Positions 1 to 10,274 of a DNA stretch of 64,000 nt are shown piece after piece. Source of the DNA: Acidobacteriota bacterium (lineage in GTDB: Bacteria > Acidobacteriota > UBA890 > WLXD01); the NCBI GenBank assembly GCA_965248695.1, contig CBDFKD010000002.1, forward strand, positions 1,632,001-1,696,000, read 5' to 3'. The notes beneath the pieces are model-generated. The model was not told the origin of the DNA and ran no database searches. It was given only the letters and a program-made list of their open reading frames with translations. Each line of letters opens with the position of its first letter. Positions within the stretch are counted from its first letter, which is position 1. A program made the position numbers and the translations under genes.

Positions 1-1
1 T

Positions 2-241
2 CAGGGCGAAGTGACGGTGGAGACGATGCGCAACGGCCGACTGTACCGCGGTCGCGCCGTTAGCACCGATGTCATCGAAGCGGGAGCGTCGGCGTACATG
101 AGCCTGGTGAATCAGGTGCTCGCAGACGAAATCCCGACGCTCTCGACGCCATCCTCAGAAGAGATCCCGACGCTCTCGACGCCATCCTCGGAAGAGATCG
201 CCGAGCCGCTGCGCTCGCGCGGGCATGCCGACGCACGCTGA
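2..241 (+). CDS. leuA: 2-isopropylmalate synthase, C-terminal regulatory domain (5' truncated by window edge)
   Basis: Frame from base 2 reads QGEVTVE...[21 protein letters not shown], typical of the LeuA allosteric domain; directly upstream of leuC. Confidence 0.85.
   Translation, partial: QGEVTVETMRNGRLYRGRAVSTDVIEAGASAYMSLVNQVLADEIPTLSTPSSEEIPTLSTPSSEEIAEPLRSRGHADAR
131..199 (+). repeat. 33-bp tandem repeat (about 2.1 copies) encoding [11 protein letters not shown] in the LeuA tail
   Basis: atcccgacgctctcgacgccatcctc(a/g)gaagag at 131-163 and 164-196. Confidence 0.95.
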
Positions 242-245
242 CACC

Positions 246-1643
246 ATGCCGTCGACGCTGTACGACAAGCTCTGGGACGCCCACCTGGTGGCACCGGAAA
301 CAGCGGATACGCCGGGTGTCCTGTACGTCGACCTTCACCTGATCCACGAGGTCACCTCGCCACAGGCGTTCGACCGGCTCAATACTGATGGGCGGAGCGT
401 ACGCCGGCCAGATCTCACCGTGGCGACAATGGATCACTCAACGCCAACCCGGCGCGACGCTGGAGGCAACCTCCTGTACGTCAACGATCAGGCGCGCACC
501 CAGGTCGAGCGACTGGTGGAAAACTGCGCCGCGCACAAGATCCGGCTGTACGAGCTCGGTGCGCCAGAGCAAGGCATCGTTCACGTCATCGGGCCGGAGC
601 TCGGGCTCACACAGCCCGGCATGACCATCGTTTGTGGCGACAGCCACACCAGCACGCATGGTGCATTCGGCGCTCTGGCGTTCGGTATCGGCACCAGCCA
701 GGTGGGTCACGTGCTCGCCACGCAGTGTCTCCTGCAACGCAAATCCAAGACGATGAGGGTGTCGGTGAGCGGCACCCTACGGGACGGCGTCACGGCAAAA
801 GATCTCGTGCTCGCGTTGATCGGTCAGATCGGCGTCGGCGGCGCCACCGGACATGTGATCGAGTACGCCGGCGAGGCGATTCGAGCCCTGTCGATGGAAG
901 GCCGCATGACAGTCTGCAATATGTCCATCGAGGCAGGCGGACGCGCCGGGTTGATCGCCCCTGACACAACGACGTTCGAATACCTCGCCGGCCGTCCCGA
1001 CGCCCCGAGCGCCGACAGCTGGGACCAGGCGGTAGGGCGATGGTGCGAATTCGCCACAGACGCCAATGCGAGCTTCGATCGGGAGGTGACGATGAACGCC
1101 GGGGAGATCGAGCCGATGGTCACCTACGGCACCAACCCGGGCATGAGCATTCCGATGAGCGGCTCGATCCCGCTCCCAGACGGCGACCTGGCGGTTGAGC
1201 GCGCCCTGAGCTACATGGGGCTGATACCGGGGGCACCCCTGCTCGATCACCCCATCGACGTGGTGTTCGTAGGCAGCTGCACGAACTCGCGTATTTCCGA
1301 CCTGCGCTCGGCGGCGAGCGTCTTGAAAGCGCGACGGGTGGCCGAGGGAGTCCGCATGGTAGTGGTGCCGGGATCGGCGGCGGTCAAGCAGCAGGCCGAA
1401 TCCGAAGGCCTCGATCAAGTGTTCAAGGAAGCCGGAGCCGAGTGGAGGGACTCGGGCTGCTCCATGTGCATCGCCATGAACGGCGACGCACTGGAGGCCG
1501 GACAGTATTGCGTCAGCACAAGCAACCGGAACTTCGAGGGACGCCAAGGTCGAGGCGGGCGCACCTTCCTGGCCAGCCCCCTCACCGCCGCCGCCAGCGC
1601 CGTGGCAGGCAGCGTCGCCGATCCGCGGGACTGGATGCCGTGA
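246..1643 (+). CDS. leuC: 3-isopropylmalate dehydratase large subunit
   Basis: [64 protein letters not shown]; ATG at 246 follows the leuA stop. Confidence 0.97.
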   Translation: MPSTLYDKLWDAHLVAPETADTPGVLYVDLHLIHEVTSPQAFDRLNTDGRSVRRPDLTVATMDHSTPTRRDAGGNLLYVNDQARTQVERLVENCAAHKIRLYELGAPEQGIVHVIGPELGLTQPGMTIVCGDSHTSTHGAFGALAFGIGTSQVGHVLATQCLLQRKSKTMRVSVSGTLRDGVTAKDLVLALIGQIGVGGATGHVIEYAGEAIRALSMEGRMTVCNMSIEAGGRAGLIAPDTTTFEYLAGRPDAPSADSWDQAVGRWCEFATDANASFDREVTMNAGEIEPMVTYGTNPGMSIPMSGSIPLPDGDLAVERALSYMGLIPGAPLLDHPIDVVFVGSCTNSRISDLRSAASVLKARRVAEGVRMVVVPGSAAVKQQAESEGLDQVFKEAGAEWRDSGCSMCIAMNGDALEAGQYCVSTSNRNFEGRQGRGGRTFLASPLTAAASAVAGSVADPRDWMP

Positions 1644-2230
1644 GCTTCGAGCCGTTCACGGCGTTGACCGCGAGCTACGTCGCCCTGCCGACACCGGATA
1701 TCGACACCGATCGGATCATTCCGGCGCGCTTCCTGACCGTCACCGATCGCACCGGGCTGGCCGACGGTCTGTTCGTCGACTGGCGTCTGGACGAACACGG
1801 GAACCAGCGACCCGACTTCCCGCTGAACCGAGCGGAAGCGCGCGGCGCCCGTGTGCTCGTGGCGGGCGAGAACTTCGGCTGCGGATCGTCGCGTGAGCAC
1901 GCCCCCTGGGCGCTGGTGGACAACGGGTTTCGAGCGGTGATCAGCACCAAGATCGCCGACATCTTCCGGGCCAACGCGCTCAAGAACGGGCTGCTGGCTA
2001 TCGATGTCCCGCCGGCGCACCTGGAGGAGCTGTTAGCGACCGGATTCGGTACGGTCACCATCGACCTGGCGGAACGTCGAGTCGTCATGCCGAGTGGAGA
2101 GGAGGTGATCTTCGATATCGACCCATTCGCGCGTCGCTGTCTGCTGGAAGGGCTCGACGAGCTCGGGTTCCTGCTCTCCCGGGATGCCACCATCGCGGCG
2201 TACGAGCGCCGTTCCGCACCGCCACCATGA
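1640..2230 (+). CDS. leuD: 3-isopropylmalate dehydratase small subunit
   Basis: [40 protein letters not shown]; GTG start overlaps the leuC stop (GTGA). Confidence 0.96.
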   Translation: MSFEPFTALTASYVALPTPDIDTDRIIPARFLTVTDRTGLADGLFVDWRLDEHGNQRPDFPLNRAEARGARVLVAGENFGCGSSREHAPWALVDNGFRAVISTKIADIFRANALKNGLLAIDVPPAHLEELLATGFGTVTIDLAERRVVMPSGEEVIFDIDPFARRCLLEGLDELGFLLSRDATIAAYERRSAPPP

Positions 2231-3294
2231 GCGCCCTCATCGCCGTTCTCGACGGCGACGGCGTCGGGCCCGAGGTCTGCGAGCAGGCGCTGCGCGTGCT
2301 CGAGAAGCTCGGCGAGCTTTTCGACCACACGTTCGAGTTGCGCCACGCCGCGATCGGCGGCGAAGCAATCGACTCGACGGGCGACCCGCTACCTGCTGCC
2401 ACGGTCGAGCTTTGCCGAGAGGCGGATGCCGCCCTACTGGGCGCGGTCGGCCATCCACGATTCGACGACCAGCCGCTACGGCCGGAGGGCGGCCTGCTGA
2501 GACTTCGCAGCGAGTTGGCGCTGTTCGCCAATATCCGGCCGATCCGCACACATGCGTCGCTCGCCGACGCGTCGCCTCTGCGGCCCGAGTACCTGCAGGG
2601 TGTTGACCTGGTGATCGTCCGCGAGCTCACCGGCGGCCTCTACTACGGCGAGCGCGGCCGCGAGGCCGACCGGGCGTTCGACACCTGCGTCTACACCCGC
2701 GCCGAGATCGCGCGAGTGGTTCGGATAGCCTGCGAGATGGCGGGCGGGCGACGGCAGCTGGTGACCTCCGTAGACAAGGCGAACGTGCTCGATACGTCGC
2801 GATTGTGGCGGGAGACAGCCAGCACGATCGCCAGCGAGGAATTCCCCCAGATCACCCTCGAGCACGGCCTGGTCGACTCCATGGCAATGCATCTCGTTGC
2901 GCGCCCGGCGGAGTTCGATGTGATCGTCACCGAGAACATGTTCGGCGACATCCTGTCTGACGAGGCGGCGGTGCTGACGGGATCGCTCGGCATGCTCCCC
3001 TCTGCCTCTTTGGGAATCGGCCAGTGGGGCCTGTACGAGCCGGTGCACGGCTCGGCACCCGATATTGCCGGCCAGGGAGTGGCCAACCCCTACGCAGCGA
3101 TCCTCAGCGTGGCGATGTTGCTGCGCCACTCGCTTGGCCTGGAGGCGGAAGCCACCGTGGTCGAGACCGCTGTCGAAGCCGCGGTTAGCGACGGGTTCCT
3201 GACCCGTGACCTGCGTCCGGACAACGCCGTCGACACCGTGACCGCGGGCTCTGCGGTCATGGAGCGGTTGGAAGCCGCGTCGGCGTCCGCATAG
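2227..3294 (+). CDS. leuB: 3-isopropylmalate dehydrogenase
   Basis: GDGVGPEV, VRELTGGLYYG, SVDKANVL, ENMFGDILSDEA, LYEPVHGSAPDIAG. Confidence 0.97.
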   Translation: MSALIAVLDGDGVGPEVCEQALRVLEKLGELFDHTFELRHAAIGGEAIDSTGDPLPAATVELCREADAALLGAVGHPRFDDQPLRPEGGLLRLRSELALFANIRPIRTHASLADASPLRPEYLQGVDLVIVRELTGGLYYGERGREADRAFDTCVYTRAEIARVVRIACEMAGGRRQLVTSVDKANVLDTSRLWRETASTIASEEFPQITLEHGLVDSMAMHLVARPAEFDVIVTENMFGDILSDEAAVLTGSLGMLPSASLGIGQWGLYEPVHGSAPDIAGQGVANPYAAILSVAMLLRHSLGLEAEATVVETAVEAAVSDGFLTRDLRPDNAVDTVTAGSAVMERLEAASASA

Positions 3295-3394
3295 ACGGCG
3301 ACCGTCGATCGGAGGCAGGCCGACGGCGCCCAGGGAGGGCCTCTGACGGCCAAACCGGCAGTTGGCCGAGCGGCGTCGGTGCTAGAGTTTCATC

Positions 3395-4549
3395 ATGCTC
3401 AAATGGGTCGTTCGCGTCGTCGTGCTGGCTGCTCTCGGTGCGCTGATCTACTACCTCCGGTTCACGGTTTTCGTTCCGCAGCCGATCGAGGTGAGCGTGA
3501 TGCAGCCATCACGCGGCCGTGTCGAGTCGACGATCACCAACTCGAAGGCCGGCACGGTAAAGGCGCGTCGACGAGCCAGTCTGTCGCCCGAGATCGGTGG
3601 CCGTGTGGTCGGTCTCCCGGTACGCGCTGGCTCCGAGGTTCAGCGCGGCCAGGTGCTGATGCGGCTCGACGATTCGACGCACCAAGCTCAGCTGGAGAAG
3701 GCGCGCCGGGACGTCACCACCGCCCAAGCGCGCCATCGGGAAGCCTGTCTGTCGGCCGATCACGCCCGGCGCGAGTACGAGCGCCATCGCGAGCTCGCGG
3801 ACCGGCAGATCGTTTCACAGAACCTACTCGACCAGCTTCAGAGCCGGTCCCAGACCTCTGCGGCCGGTTGTGAGGCCGCCGATGCGGCGGTCGCAAGCGC
3901 CGACGCGGCCATTGCCCTGATCGAAAGCGAGCTCAGCAAGACGGTACTGCGGGCTCCGTTCAGCGGCATTGTGTCCGAGCTGTCGATCGAGCTCGGCGAG
4001 TACACCACCCCATCGCCGCCGGGACTGCCCATACCCCCCGTGATGGAGATAATCGACACCACTTCGATCTTCGTCAGCGCGCCGATGGACGAGGTCGACT
4101 CGGCACGCATTGGCGCCGGTCAGCGGGTGCGCGCCACCGTCGATTCGTATCCCGGCGAGAGCTTCCCGGGCACCGTCGCACGGGTGGCCCCCTACGTCCT
4201 CGATATCGAGGCACAGAACCGCACCGTCGAGATCGAGGTGGAGCTCGACGACCAGCTGCTTGCTTCGTCGCTCCTGCCGGGCACCTCCGCGGACGTCGAG
4301 GTCATTCTGGAGACACACGACAACGCGCTGCGACTGCCGACCGCGACCTTGCTCGAGGGCGGTGCGGTGATGCTCGTGGAGAACGGCAAGCTGGTGCGTC
4401 GTGAAGTGCAGGTCGGGCTGCGCAACTGGGACTTCACCGAGATCCTCGCCGGCCTCGGAGCTACCGATCGAGTGGTGACCTCGCTCGATCGCGCGGAGGT
4501 ACAGCCCGGCGCCGATGTAGTGGTTGCCGGGGACAGCAGCGCGGGGTGA
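3395..4549 (+). CDS. Efflux periplasmic adaptor subunit (MacA-like membrane fusion protein)
   Basis: N-terminal TM anchor, lipoyl/hairpin pattern SPEIGGRVVGLPVRAGSEVQRGQVL...LRAPFSGIV; followed by ABC genes. Confidence 0.9.
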   Translation: MLKWVVRVVVLAALGALIYYLRFTVFVPQPIEVSVMQPSRGRVESTITNSKAGTVKARRRASLSPEIGGRVVGLPVRAGSEVQRGQVLMRLDDSTHQAQLEKARRDVTTAQARHREACLSADHARREYERHRELADRQIVSQNLLDQLQSRSQTSAAGCEAADAAVASADAAIALIESELSKTVLRAPFSGIVSELSIELGEYTTPSPPGLPIPPVMEIIDTTSIFVSAPMDEVDSARIGAGQRVRATVDSYPGESFPGTVARVAPYVLDIEAQNRTVEIEVELDDQLLASSLLPGTSADVEVILETHDNALRLPTATLLEGGAVMLVENGKLVRREVQVGLRNWDFTEILAGLGATDRVVTSLDRAEVQPGADVVVAGDSSAG

Positions 4550-4550
4550 C

Positions 4551-5324
4551 ATGATCCGGCTGCGCGATATCTGGCGCACGTACGACGTCGGCGGCCGTCC
4601 GCTGCACGCGCTGCGTGAGATCAGCGAAGATATCGAGGCCGGGGAGCACGTCGCCATCATGGGCCCGTCGGGCTCTGGGAAGTCGACCCTGCTGAACCTC
4701 CTTGGCTGCCTGGACCGCCCGACCCAGGGCTCCTATGAGCTCGACGGTCGAGAGGTTGCCGAGCTCAACGAGTCGCAGCTCACCGCCATCCGAAGGGACC
4801 TGGTCGGCTTCGTTTTCCAGTCGTTCCACCTGGTGCCGCGGCTGACTTCACTTGGCAACGTGGAGCTGCCGATGATGTTCGCGGGCATCGGTCGGCGGGA
4901 GCGACGAAAGCGGGCGCGCGATGCCCTGGGCTCCGTCGACATGGGCGAACGTGCCGACCATCGGCCGGATCAGCTCTCCGGAGGAGAGTGCCAGCGCGTG
5001 GCCATCGCCCGCGCGATCACCATGGAGCCGAGCGTGCTGCTCGCCGACGAGCCCACCGGCAACCTGGACACGCGGTCGGGACGGCTGGTACTCGATCTCC
5101 TGGAGAGCCTGACGCAGCGCGGACTTACTCTCGTGCTGGTCACTCACGATCCCGGTGTCGCACGGCGCGCCGACCGCGTTATCACCCTGGTGGACGGGCG
5201 TATCGTGTCGAGGATGCGCGGCGCCGACCTGGGCGACGTCAACCCCTATATCGCCGCGGTCGAGGACGACGAGGACAACGCACCGTCGGTAGCCGGCGTC
5301 GCTAGCGGTGATACGTCGTCGTGA
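4551..5324 (+). CDS. ABC transporter ATP-binding protein (MacB/LolD type)
   Basis: Walker A GPSGSGKST, GFVFQSFHL, LSGGECQRVAIARA, LLADEPTGNLD. Confidence 0.95.
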   Translation: MIRLRDIWRTYDVGGRPLHALREISEDIEAGEHVAIMGPSGSGKSTLLNLLGCLDRPTQGSYELDGREVAELNESQLTAIRRDLVGFVFQSFHLVPRLTSLGNVELPMMFAGIGRRERRKRARDALGSVDMGERADHRPDQLSGGECQRVAIARAITMEPSVLLADEPTGNLDTRSGRLVLDLLESLTQRGLTLVLVTHDPGVARRADRVITLVDGRIVSRMRGADLGDVNPYIAAVEDDEDNAPSVAGVASGDTSS

Positions 5325-6520
5325 CCACGCTCGACACGCTTCGCTATGCAGTTCGCGCGTTGCGTGGCCATGGCCTGCGCACCGCATTGAGCACGACCGG
5401 GGTGGCCATCGGCGTGGCCTCGGTCATCATCCTCACGTCGCTCGGCGAAGGCGCCCGCTCCTACGTCCTCGACCAGTTCGCCTCGCTCGGCACCAACATT
5501 CTCATCGTCGTTCCCGGGCGCACCGAGACCACCGGCGGGCTGCCGGGCATCGGCGGCGTCCCGAATGATCTGACCATCGCCGACGCCGAGGTGTTGGCCC
5601 GCGACGTTCGGTCGGTGATCAACGTTGCGCCGGTGTCCAACGGGAACGAGACCGTCTCGGCGGGTGGGCGCAGCAAACAGGTGTTGGTCCTCGGTTGCAC
5701 GACCGAGATGCGCGATGTGCGCGGCATCGAGATTCGGACGGGCCGCTTCTTGCCGGACGACGATTGGGAACGCGGAGCCTCGGTAGCCGTGCTCGGCAGC
5801 GGCATCGCCAGGGAGCTCTTTCCGGGCATCGGGGCCGTCGGCCAGGTGGTGCGCATCGGCGACTTCCGCATGCGCGTGATCGGCGTCATGGCGTCGCGCG
5901 GCGTGACCCTGGGAATGGACTTCGATCAGATCGTCCTGGTGCCGCTTGCGACCGGCATGCGCTTGTTCAACCGCAGCTCGCTATTCCGCGTCATGGTGCA
6001 GCATGATCCGCAGGCCGACGTAGAGCGTATCCGGGCGAACATCACCCGGATCCTCGCCGATCGGCACGACGAGGAAGACTTCACCCTCATCACCCAGGAC
6101 GCGGTGATGTCGGCCTTCTCGCAGATCTTCGCTGCCCTGACCGCGGCGCTGGCCGGGATTGCGGCAATCTCGCTGAGCGTCGCCGGCATTGGTATCATGA
6201 ACGTCATGCTGGTCTCGGTGTCCGAGCGTACGCGCGAAATCGGGTTGCTCAAGGCAGTCGGCGCTCATCCACGCCAGATTCTCATGGCCTTTCTGACCGA
6301 GGCAGTGCTACTGAGCACCGCAGGCGGGCTCGTCGGGCTGGGCATCGCCGCCGCGTCACTTCAGGGTCTGCTCGTTGCCCTTCCAGCACTCGATGCGACG
6401 CCGCCGATGTGGGCCGTCGCGGCCGCCCTGATCGTGTCGATCGGCGTCGGTGCCGTTTTCGGCGTGCTACCGGCGCGCACTGCAACACGACTCGACCCGA
6501 TCGCGGCATTGAGAGGCTGA
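5321..6520 (+). CDS. ABC transporter permease (MacB/FtsX type)
   Basis: GVAIGVASVI, IGIMNVMLVSVSERTREIGLLKAVGA, GVLPARTATRLDPIAALR. Confidence 0.95.
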   Translation: MTTLDTLRYAVRALRGHGLRTALSTTGVAIGVASVIILTSLGEGARSYVLDQFASLGTNILIVVPGRTETTGGLPGIGGVPNDLTIADAEVLARDVRSVINVAPVSNGNETVSAGGRSKQVLVLGCTTEMRDVRGIEIRTGRFLPDDDWERGASVAVLGSGIARELFPGIGAVGQVVRIGDFRMRVIGVMASRGVTLGMDFDQIVLVPLATGMRLFNRSSLFRVMVQHDPQADVERIRANITRILADRHDEEDFTLITQDAVMSAFSQIFAALTAALAGIAAISLSVAGIGIMNVMLVSVSERTREIGLLKAVGAHPRQILMAFLTEAVLLSTAGGLVGLGIAAASLQGLLVALPALDATPPMWAVAAALIVSIGVGAVFGVLPARTATRLDPIAALRG

Positions 6521-6522
6521 CC

Positions 6523-7722
6523 GTGGCGACAGCCGACCTGGTACGACTGGCGGGAGGGGCGCTCGGTGGCCATCGGCTGCGCACATTCCTGTCGATGCTG
6601 GGAATCGCCATCGGCGTCTGCGCCGTCATCCTGCTCACCTCCATCGGTGAGGGGACCCGCCGCTACGTGCTCGATCAGTTCACCCAGTTCGGCACCAACA
6701 TCATCGCCATCAACCCCGGCAAGCAGGAAACCATCGGTATTCCGGGGGTTCTGGGCGGCACTACCAAGAAGCTGACCATCGACGACGCGGAGGCCCTGGC
6801 CAAGCTGCCGGGAGTGGAGCGCGTGGCGATGTTCTCGCTCGGCTCGGGAAGGGTCGAAGCAGCGGGCCGCGGCCGCTCGGTGTTCATCTACGGCGCCACC
6901 GACGCGCTCACCGACGTGCTCAAGTTCAGGGTGCGGCAGGGTAGCTTCCTGCCGCCAGGCGACCCCCGGCGCGGCGCTTCAGTGGCGGTGTTGGGCCCGA
7001 CGCTGAAGCGGGAGCTATTCGGCGAGCTCAACGCGCTCGGCAAGTTCGTCCGCGTCGGCGGTCAACGCTTCCGCGTCATCGGCATCATGGAGCCCAAGGG
7101 ACAGATTCTCGGAATGGACATCGACGATGTGGTCTACGTTCCGGTAGCGCAGGGGTTGAAGCTGTTCAACGAGGACGAGCTGTTTGAGATCGACGTGATC
7201 TTTTCGCACGGAGGGCTCGAGCAGCAGGTGGAAGCATCGGTGCGGTCGGCGCTCACAGCGCGCCACGGGCGTGAGGACTTCACCGTCACCACGCAGACTC
7301 AGATGCTCGCCGTGTTCGGCAACGTCATGAACATGATCACCGCCGGCGTTGCCGCCATCGGCGGCATCTCGCTGCTGGTTGGGGCAATCGGCATCCTCAC
7401 CGTCATGTGGATCGCGGTAGGCGAGCGGACGTCGGAGATCGGACTGCTGAAGGCACTAGGCGCCACGTCGACGCAGGTCCAGCTCCTGTTCATGGCCGAG
7501 TCTGGGGCGCTTTCGCTGGCCGGCGGCGCCCTCGGAGTCGGCCTGGGCTTCGGGCTGGCGATGATGGCACGAGCAGCCATACCAGGGCTGCCGGTCTACA
7601 TCCCCACCGAGTTCGTGATCGCCGCGCTGGCCGTGAGCTTCGCCACCGGCATCGCCTCGGGGGTACTTCCGGCGCGACGCGCAGCGTCGCTGGATCCGGT
7701 GGACGCGCTGCGCACCGAATAG
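6523..7722 (+). CDS. Second ABC transporter permease (MacB/FtsX type)
   Basis: LRTFLSMLGIAIGV, ERTSEIGLLKALGA, PARRAASLDPVDALRTE; GTG start at 6523 chosen. Confidence 0.93.
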   Translation: MATADLVRLAGGALGGHRLRTFLSMLGIAIGVCAVILLTSIGEGTRRYVLDQFTQFGTNIIAINPGKQETIGIPGVLGGTTKKLTIDDAEALAKLPGVERVAMFSLGSGRVEAAGRGRSVFIYGATDALTDVLKFRVRQGSFLPPGDPRRGASVAVLGPTLKRELFGELNALGKFVRVGGQRFRVIGIMEPKGQILGMDIDDVVYVPVAQGLKLFNEDELFEIDVIFSHGGLEQQVEASVRSALTARHGREDFTVTTQTQMLAVFGNVMNMITAGVAAIGGISLLVGAIGILTVMWIAVGERTSEIGLLKALGATSTQVQLLFMAESGALSLAGGALGVGLGFGLAMMARAAIPGLPVYIPTEFVIAALAVSFATGIASGVLPARRAASLDPVDALRTE

Positions 7723-7837
7723 ACCTCGCCAGGGCCGGACCCATAGCCCGAATCTGCCGAGGCGTCCGCGCCAGCGTCATATCCTGGGGACTCTCCGGCG
7801 ACCGATCCGTAGGTCACGCGCGTACCTCGGAATCCCC

Positions 7838-8362
7838 ATGGACCAGGCTCAGCTCCGCCAACAGCTCGAAGGGCTGCACAGCGACAGCTTCGGCTGGGCC
7901 CTGAGTTGCTGCGCCGGCCGACGCGATGACGCCGAGGAGGTGCTGCAGACAAGCTACCTCAAGGTGCTTTCGGGCAAGGCGCGTTTCGGCGGCAGGTCGG
8001 CCTTCAAGACCTGGCTGTTCTCGGTTATCCGGCTGACCGCAGCCGACCAGCGCCGGCGCTACGCAATCCGCTGGACCGGGCTGGGGCGCCTGCGCGACGC
8101 GACGGACCACGCGCCCCCGCCCAGACCTGCCGAGCCCACCGAGGCGGTGGAGCAGCAGCAGCGACGGGATCAGCTGCGCGCGGCGCTCGCCGAGCTCCCC
8201 AAACGCCAGCGAGAAGTCATACAGCTGGTCTTCTATCACGACAATTCCCTTAGAGAGGCTGCCGAAATCATGGGAGTATCCCTGGGATCGGCCCGCACGC
8301 ACTACCATCGCGGCAAGCGGCATCTCCGCGCGTGGTTGCAGGAGCACGACGTTGAAATCTGA
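7838..8362 (+). CDS. ECF-type RNA polymerase sigma factor
   Basis: DAEEVLQTSYLKV, FKTWLFSVIR (region 2); LPKRQREVIQLVFY..SLREAAEIMGVSLGSARTHYHRG (region 4). Confidence 0.93.
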   Translation: MDQAQLRQQLEGLHSDSFGWALSCCAGRRDDAEEVLQTSYLKVLSGKARFGGRSAFKTWLFSVIRLTAADQRRRYAIRWTGLGRLRDATDHAPPPRPAEPTEAVEQQQRRDQLRAALAELPKRQREVIQLVFYHDNSLREAAEIMGVSLGSARTHYHRGKRHLRAWLQEHDVEI

Positions 8363-8798
8363 GCCGGAAGACAAGCAGCTCCGAAACCTGTTCGCGCAGA
8401 TCCGCGCGGAGGATGTTCAATCTTCGCCACCGTTCATAGAGACCTGGTCGGCAGCCACGGCAGCGGACGACGCAACGGCACGGCGGACGATGGCCTGGAC
8501 GCGATGGCTGCGGCCTGTGCCGCTGGGGTTCGCCGCCGCCGCGATGATGGCGACGTTGCTGTTGCTTCGCACCGGCACCGACACCGTCACGAGTCTCGAC
8601 AACCTCGACGGTGAGCCGACTATCACCGCCTGGACGGCGCCATCGACGAGCTTTCTCGGCTTCGATGGAAGTGAGTTTCTGGATCTGAGCGAAGCGGCAC
8701 TGCTGGCCGATTCGCTCGAGGCGTTCGACTGGGACTCGCCCACCGACGGGTTGATCGAGACCGCGATAGGCGAGCTCGGCGAGGAGCGCGAACTGTGA
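8352..8798 (+). CDS. Single-TM putative anti-sigma factor
   Basis: TTG start with AGGAG RBS overlapping the sigma gene; one TM segment; C-terminal WxxPT/S motif twice. Confidence 0.65.
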   Translation: MKSEPEDKQLRNLFAQIRAEDVQSSPPFIETWSAATAADDATARRTMAWTRWLRPVPLGFAAAAMMATLLLLRTGTDTVTSLDNLDGEPTITAWTAPSTSFLGFDGSEFLDLSEAALLADSLEAFDWDSPTDGLIETAIGELGEEREL

Positions 8799-9277
8799 GC
8801 CGAATTCGATGCATCGCACTGGTCGTGTCCTTGACGCTTGCCCTCGTCGCACTAGGAGCGCGGCAGGCCGACGCCCAGACGCCGGCGATTCCGGGCAACC
8901 CGGCCACCGAGATCAACAACTTCTTCTTCCACCCTCGCATCGTGATGGCGGGCGCCGACCGGATCGGCCTCAGCCGCGACCAGCGACAGCACCTGCGAGA
9001 GCTGTGGGAGGCGTCGCAGGTCGAGTTTCGCCGCCAGCGGTTCGAGCTCGGCAACGCAATGACCTCGATTGGCGCGCTCGCCGTACAGCACCCGGTCGAC
9101 GAGGAGCAGATCCTCGCCCAGCTTGACCAGGTGCTCGATCTCGAGCGCGACATTAAGCGCGCGCAGTTGCTGATGCTGGTTCGCGTCAAGAACCTGTTGA
9201 CACCGGACCAGCACGTCGTTCTCGATCAGATGCGGCGCAATCAGCAGCAGCAACGCCGACGACAGCAGGAACGCTGA
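8795..9277 (+). CDS. Periplasmic Spy/CpxP/ZraP-like helical protein
   Basis: Signal peptide, IGLSRDQ and LLTPDQ (LTxxQ) motifs; coupled to the upstream gene by a GTGA overlap. Confidence 0.8.
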   Translation: MSRIRCIALVVSLTLALVALGARQADAQTPAIPGNPATEINNFFFHPRIVMAGADRIGLSRDQRQHLRELWEASQVEFRRQRFELGNAMTSIGALAVQHPVDEEQILAQLDQVLDLERDIKRAQLLMLVRVKNLLTPDQHVVLDQMRRNQQQQRRRQQER

Positions 9278-9347
9278 TCCAGCGTCGGTTGCTTGTCGGG
9301 GCTCACACGAGCATCGGCGCGCCGGGCTGCCAGCAAGCCGTGGCCTG

Positions 9348-9626
9348 CTAGCAGGCCGTGGTGAAAGTGTGGTGGGTCTGGCGACAGGGTCTTGCGAGGC
9401 GCAGGCCAGGAGAGAGGAGGAGGCGATGGTTACCCCATCGTTGACGACAAACGACGCAGCATCCGCGCGCAACCCCCAGTCGCCCGAAGGGTTACGGCGA
9501 TTTGGGGCCATCTGCGGCGTTGGCCCTCCTCGACGATGACTAGGGCATCGGGTGCGTCAGACCGCCTTGCATCTGGCCCCAACTCGCCGTAACCAGACCC
9601 ACCACACTCTCATCACGGCCTGCTAG
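9348..9626. mobile_element. MITE family A, full-length copy (279 bp including flanking CTAGs)
   Basis: 34-bp terminal inverted repeats, 32/34 identical (ctagcaggccgtggtgaaagtgtggtgggtctgg); CTAG at both ends; no credible ORF; partial copies elsewhere in the window. Confidence 0.88.
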
Positions 9627-9635
9627 GCTCGGCAC

Positions 9636-10211
9636 ATGGGCAAGACACGTTGCCAATGGGCCCGGTCCGGCCGGCCGCTGGATCTCGAGTATCACGACCT
9701 CGAGTGGGGCGTACCGGTGCGCGACGATCGTCGGCTGTTCGAGTTCCTGATACTCGAGGGAGCACAGGCGGGTCTGTCGTGGTCGACAATCCTGAAAAAG
9801 CGCGAGGGTTATCGGCGCGCCTTCCACGATTTCGACGCGGAACGCATTGCTCGCTTCAACCGCCGATCGGTCGAGCGCCTACTCCGGGATCCGGGGATCG
9901 TGCGCAACCGTCTCAAGGTGTCGGCAACGATCGACAACGCGCGCGCTTTCCTGCGACTGCGCGATGATGGCCCCTTTTCGGACTACATATGGAGCTTCGT
10001 TGACGGTGTTCCGGTACAGAACGCCTGGGCGGCACTGAGCCAGATACCCACCCAGACCAGGACCTCCGAGGCCATGAGCAAGGAGTTGCGGAGCCATGGG
10101 TTTCGGTTCGTCGGGCCGACGATCTGCTACGCGTTCATGCAGGCTGCCGGCCTGGTGAACGACCATACGGTGGACTGTTTTCGCTATCCGCAGGTGCGCG
10201 CCGGCGGCTAG
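9636..10211 (+). CDS. tag: DNA-3-methyladenine glycosylase I
   Basis: RCQWA, YHDLEWGVP, LFEFLILEGAQAGLSWSTIL, GIVRNRLK, GFRFVGPTICYAFMQAAGLVNDH..C. Confidence 0.97.
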   Translation: MGKTRCQWARSGRPLDLEYHDLEWGVPVRDDRRLFEFLILEGAQAGLSWSTILKKREGYRRAFHDFDAERIARFNRRSVERLLRDPGIVRNRLKVSATIDNARAFLRLRDDGPFSDYIWSFVDGVPVQNAWAALSQIPTQTRTSEAMSKELRSHGFRFVGPTICYAFMQAAGLVNDHTVDCFRYPQVRAGG

Positions 10212-10267
10212 CAGGCCGGGAAGTGCGGCGGGCCTGGTTGCGACGAGTTGGGGCCAGATGCAAGACG
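10208..10267. mobile_element. MITE family A fragment (right-end type) between convergent tag and VWA genes
   Basis: ctagcaggccgg..aagtgcggcgggcctggttgcgacgagttggggccagatgcaag matches the reverse complement of the 9565-9626 end. Confidence 0.8.
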
Positions 10268-10274
10268 CTCCGCG

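Noticed and set aside
9392-9592. Short ORFs inside the MITEs (9392-9592, 48559-48819, 48598-48795)
   Set aside because: No transposase motifs or convincing initiation signals; they lie within non-coding palindromic repeats.
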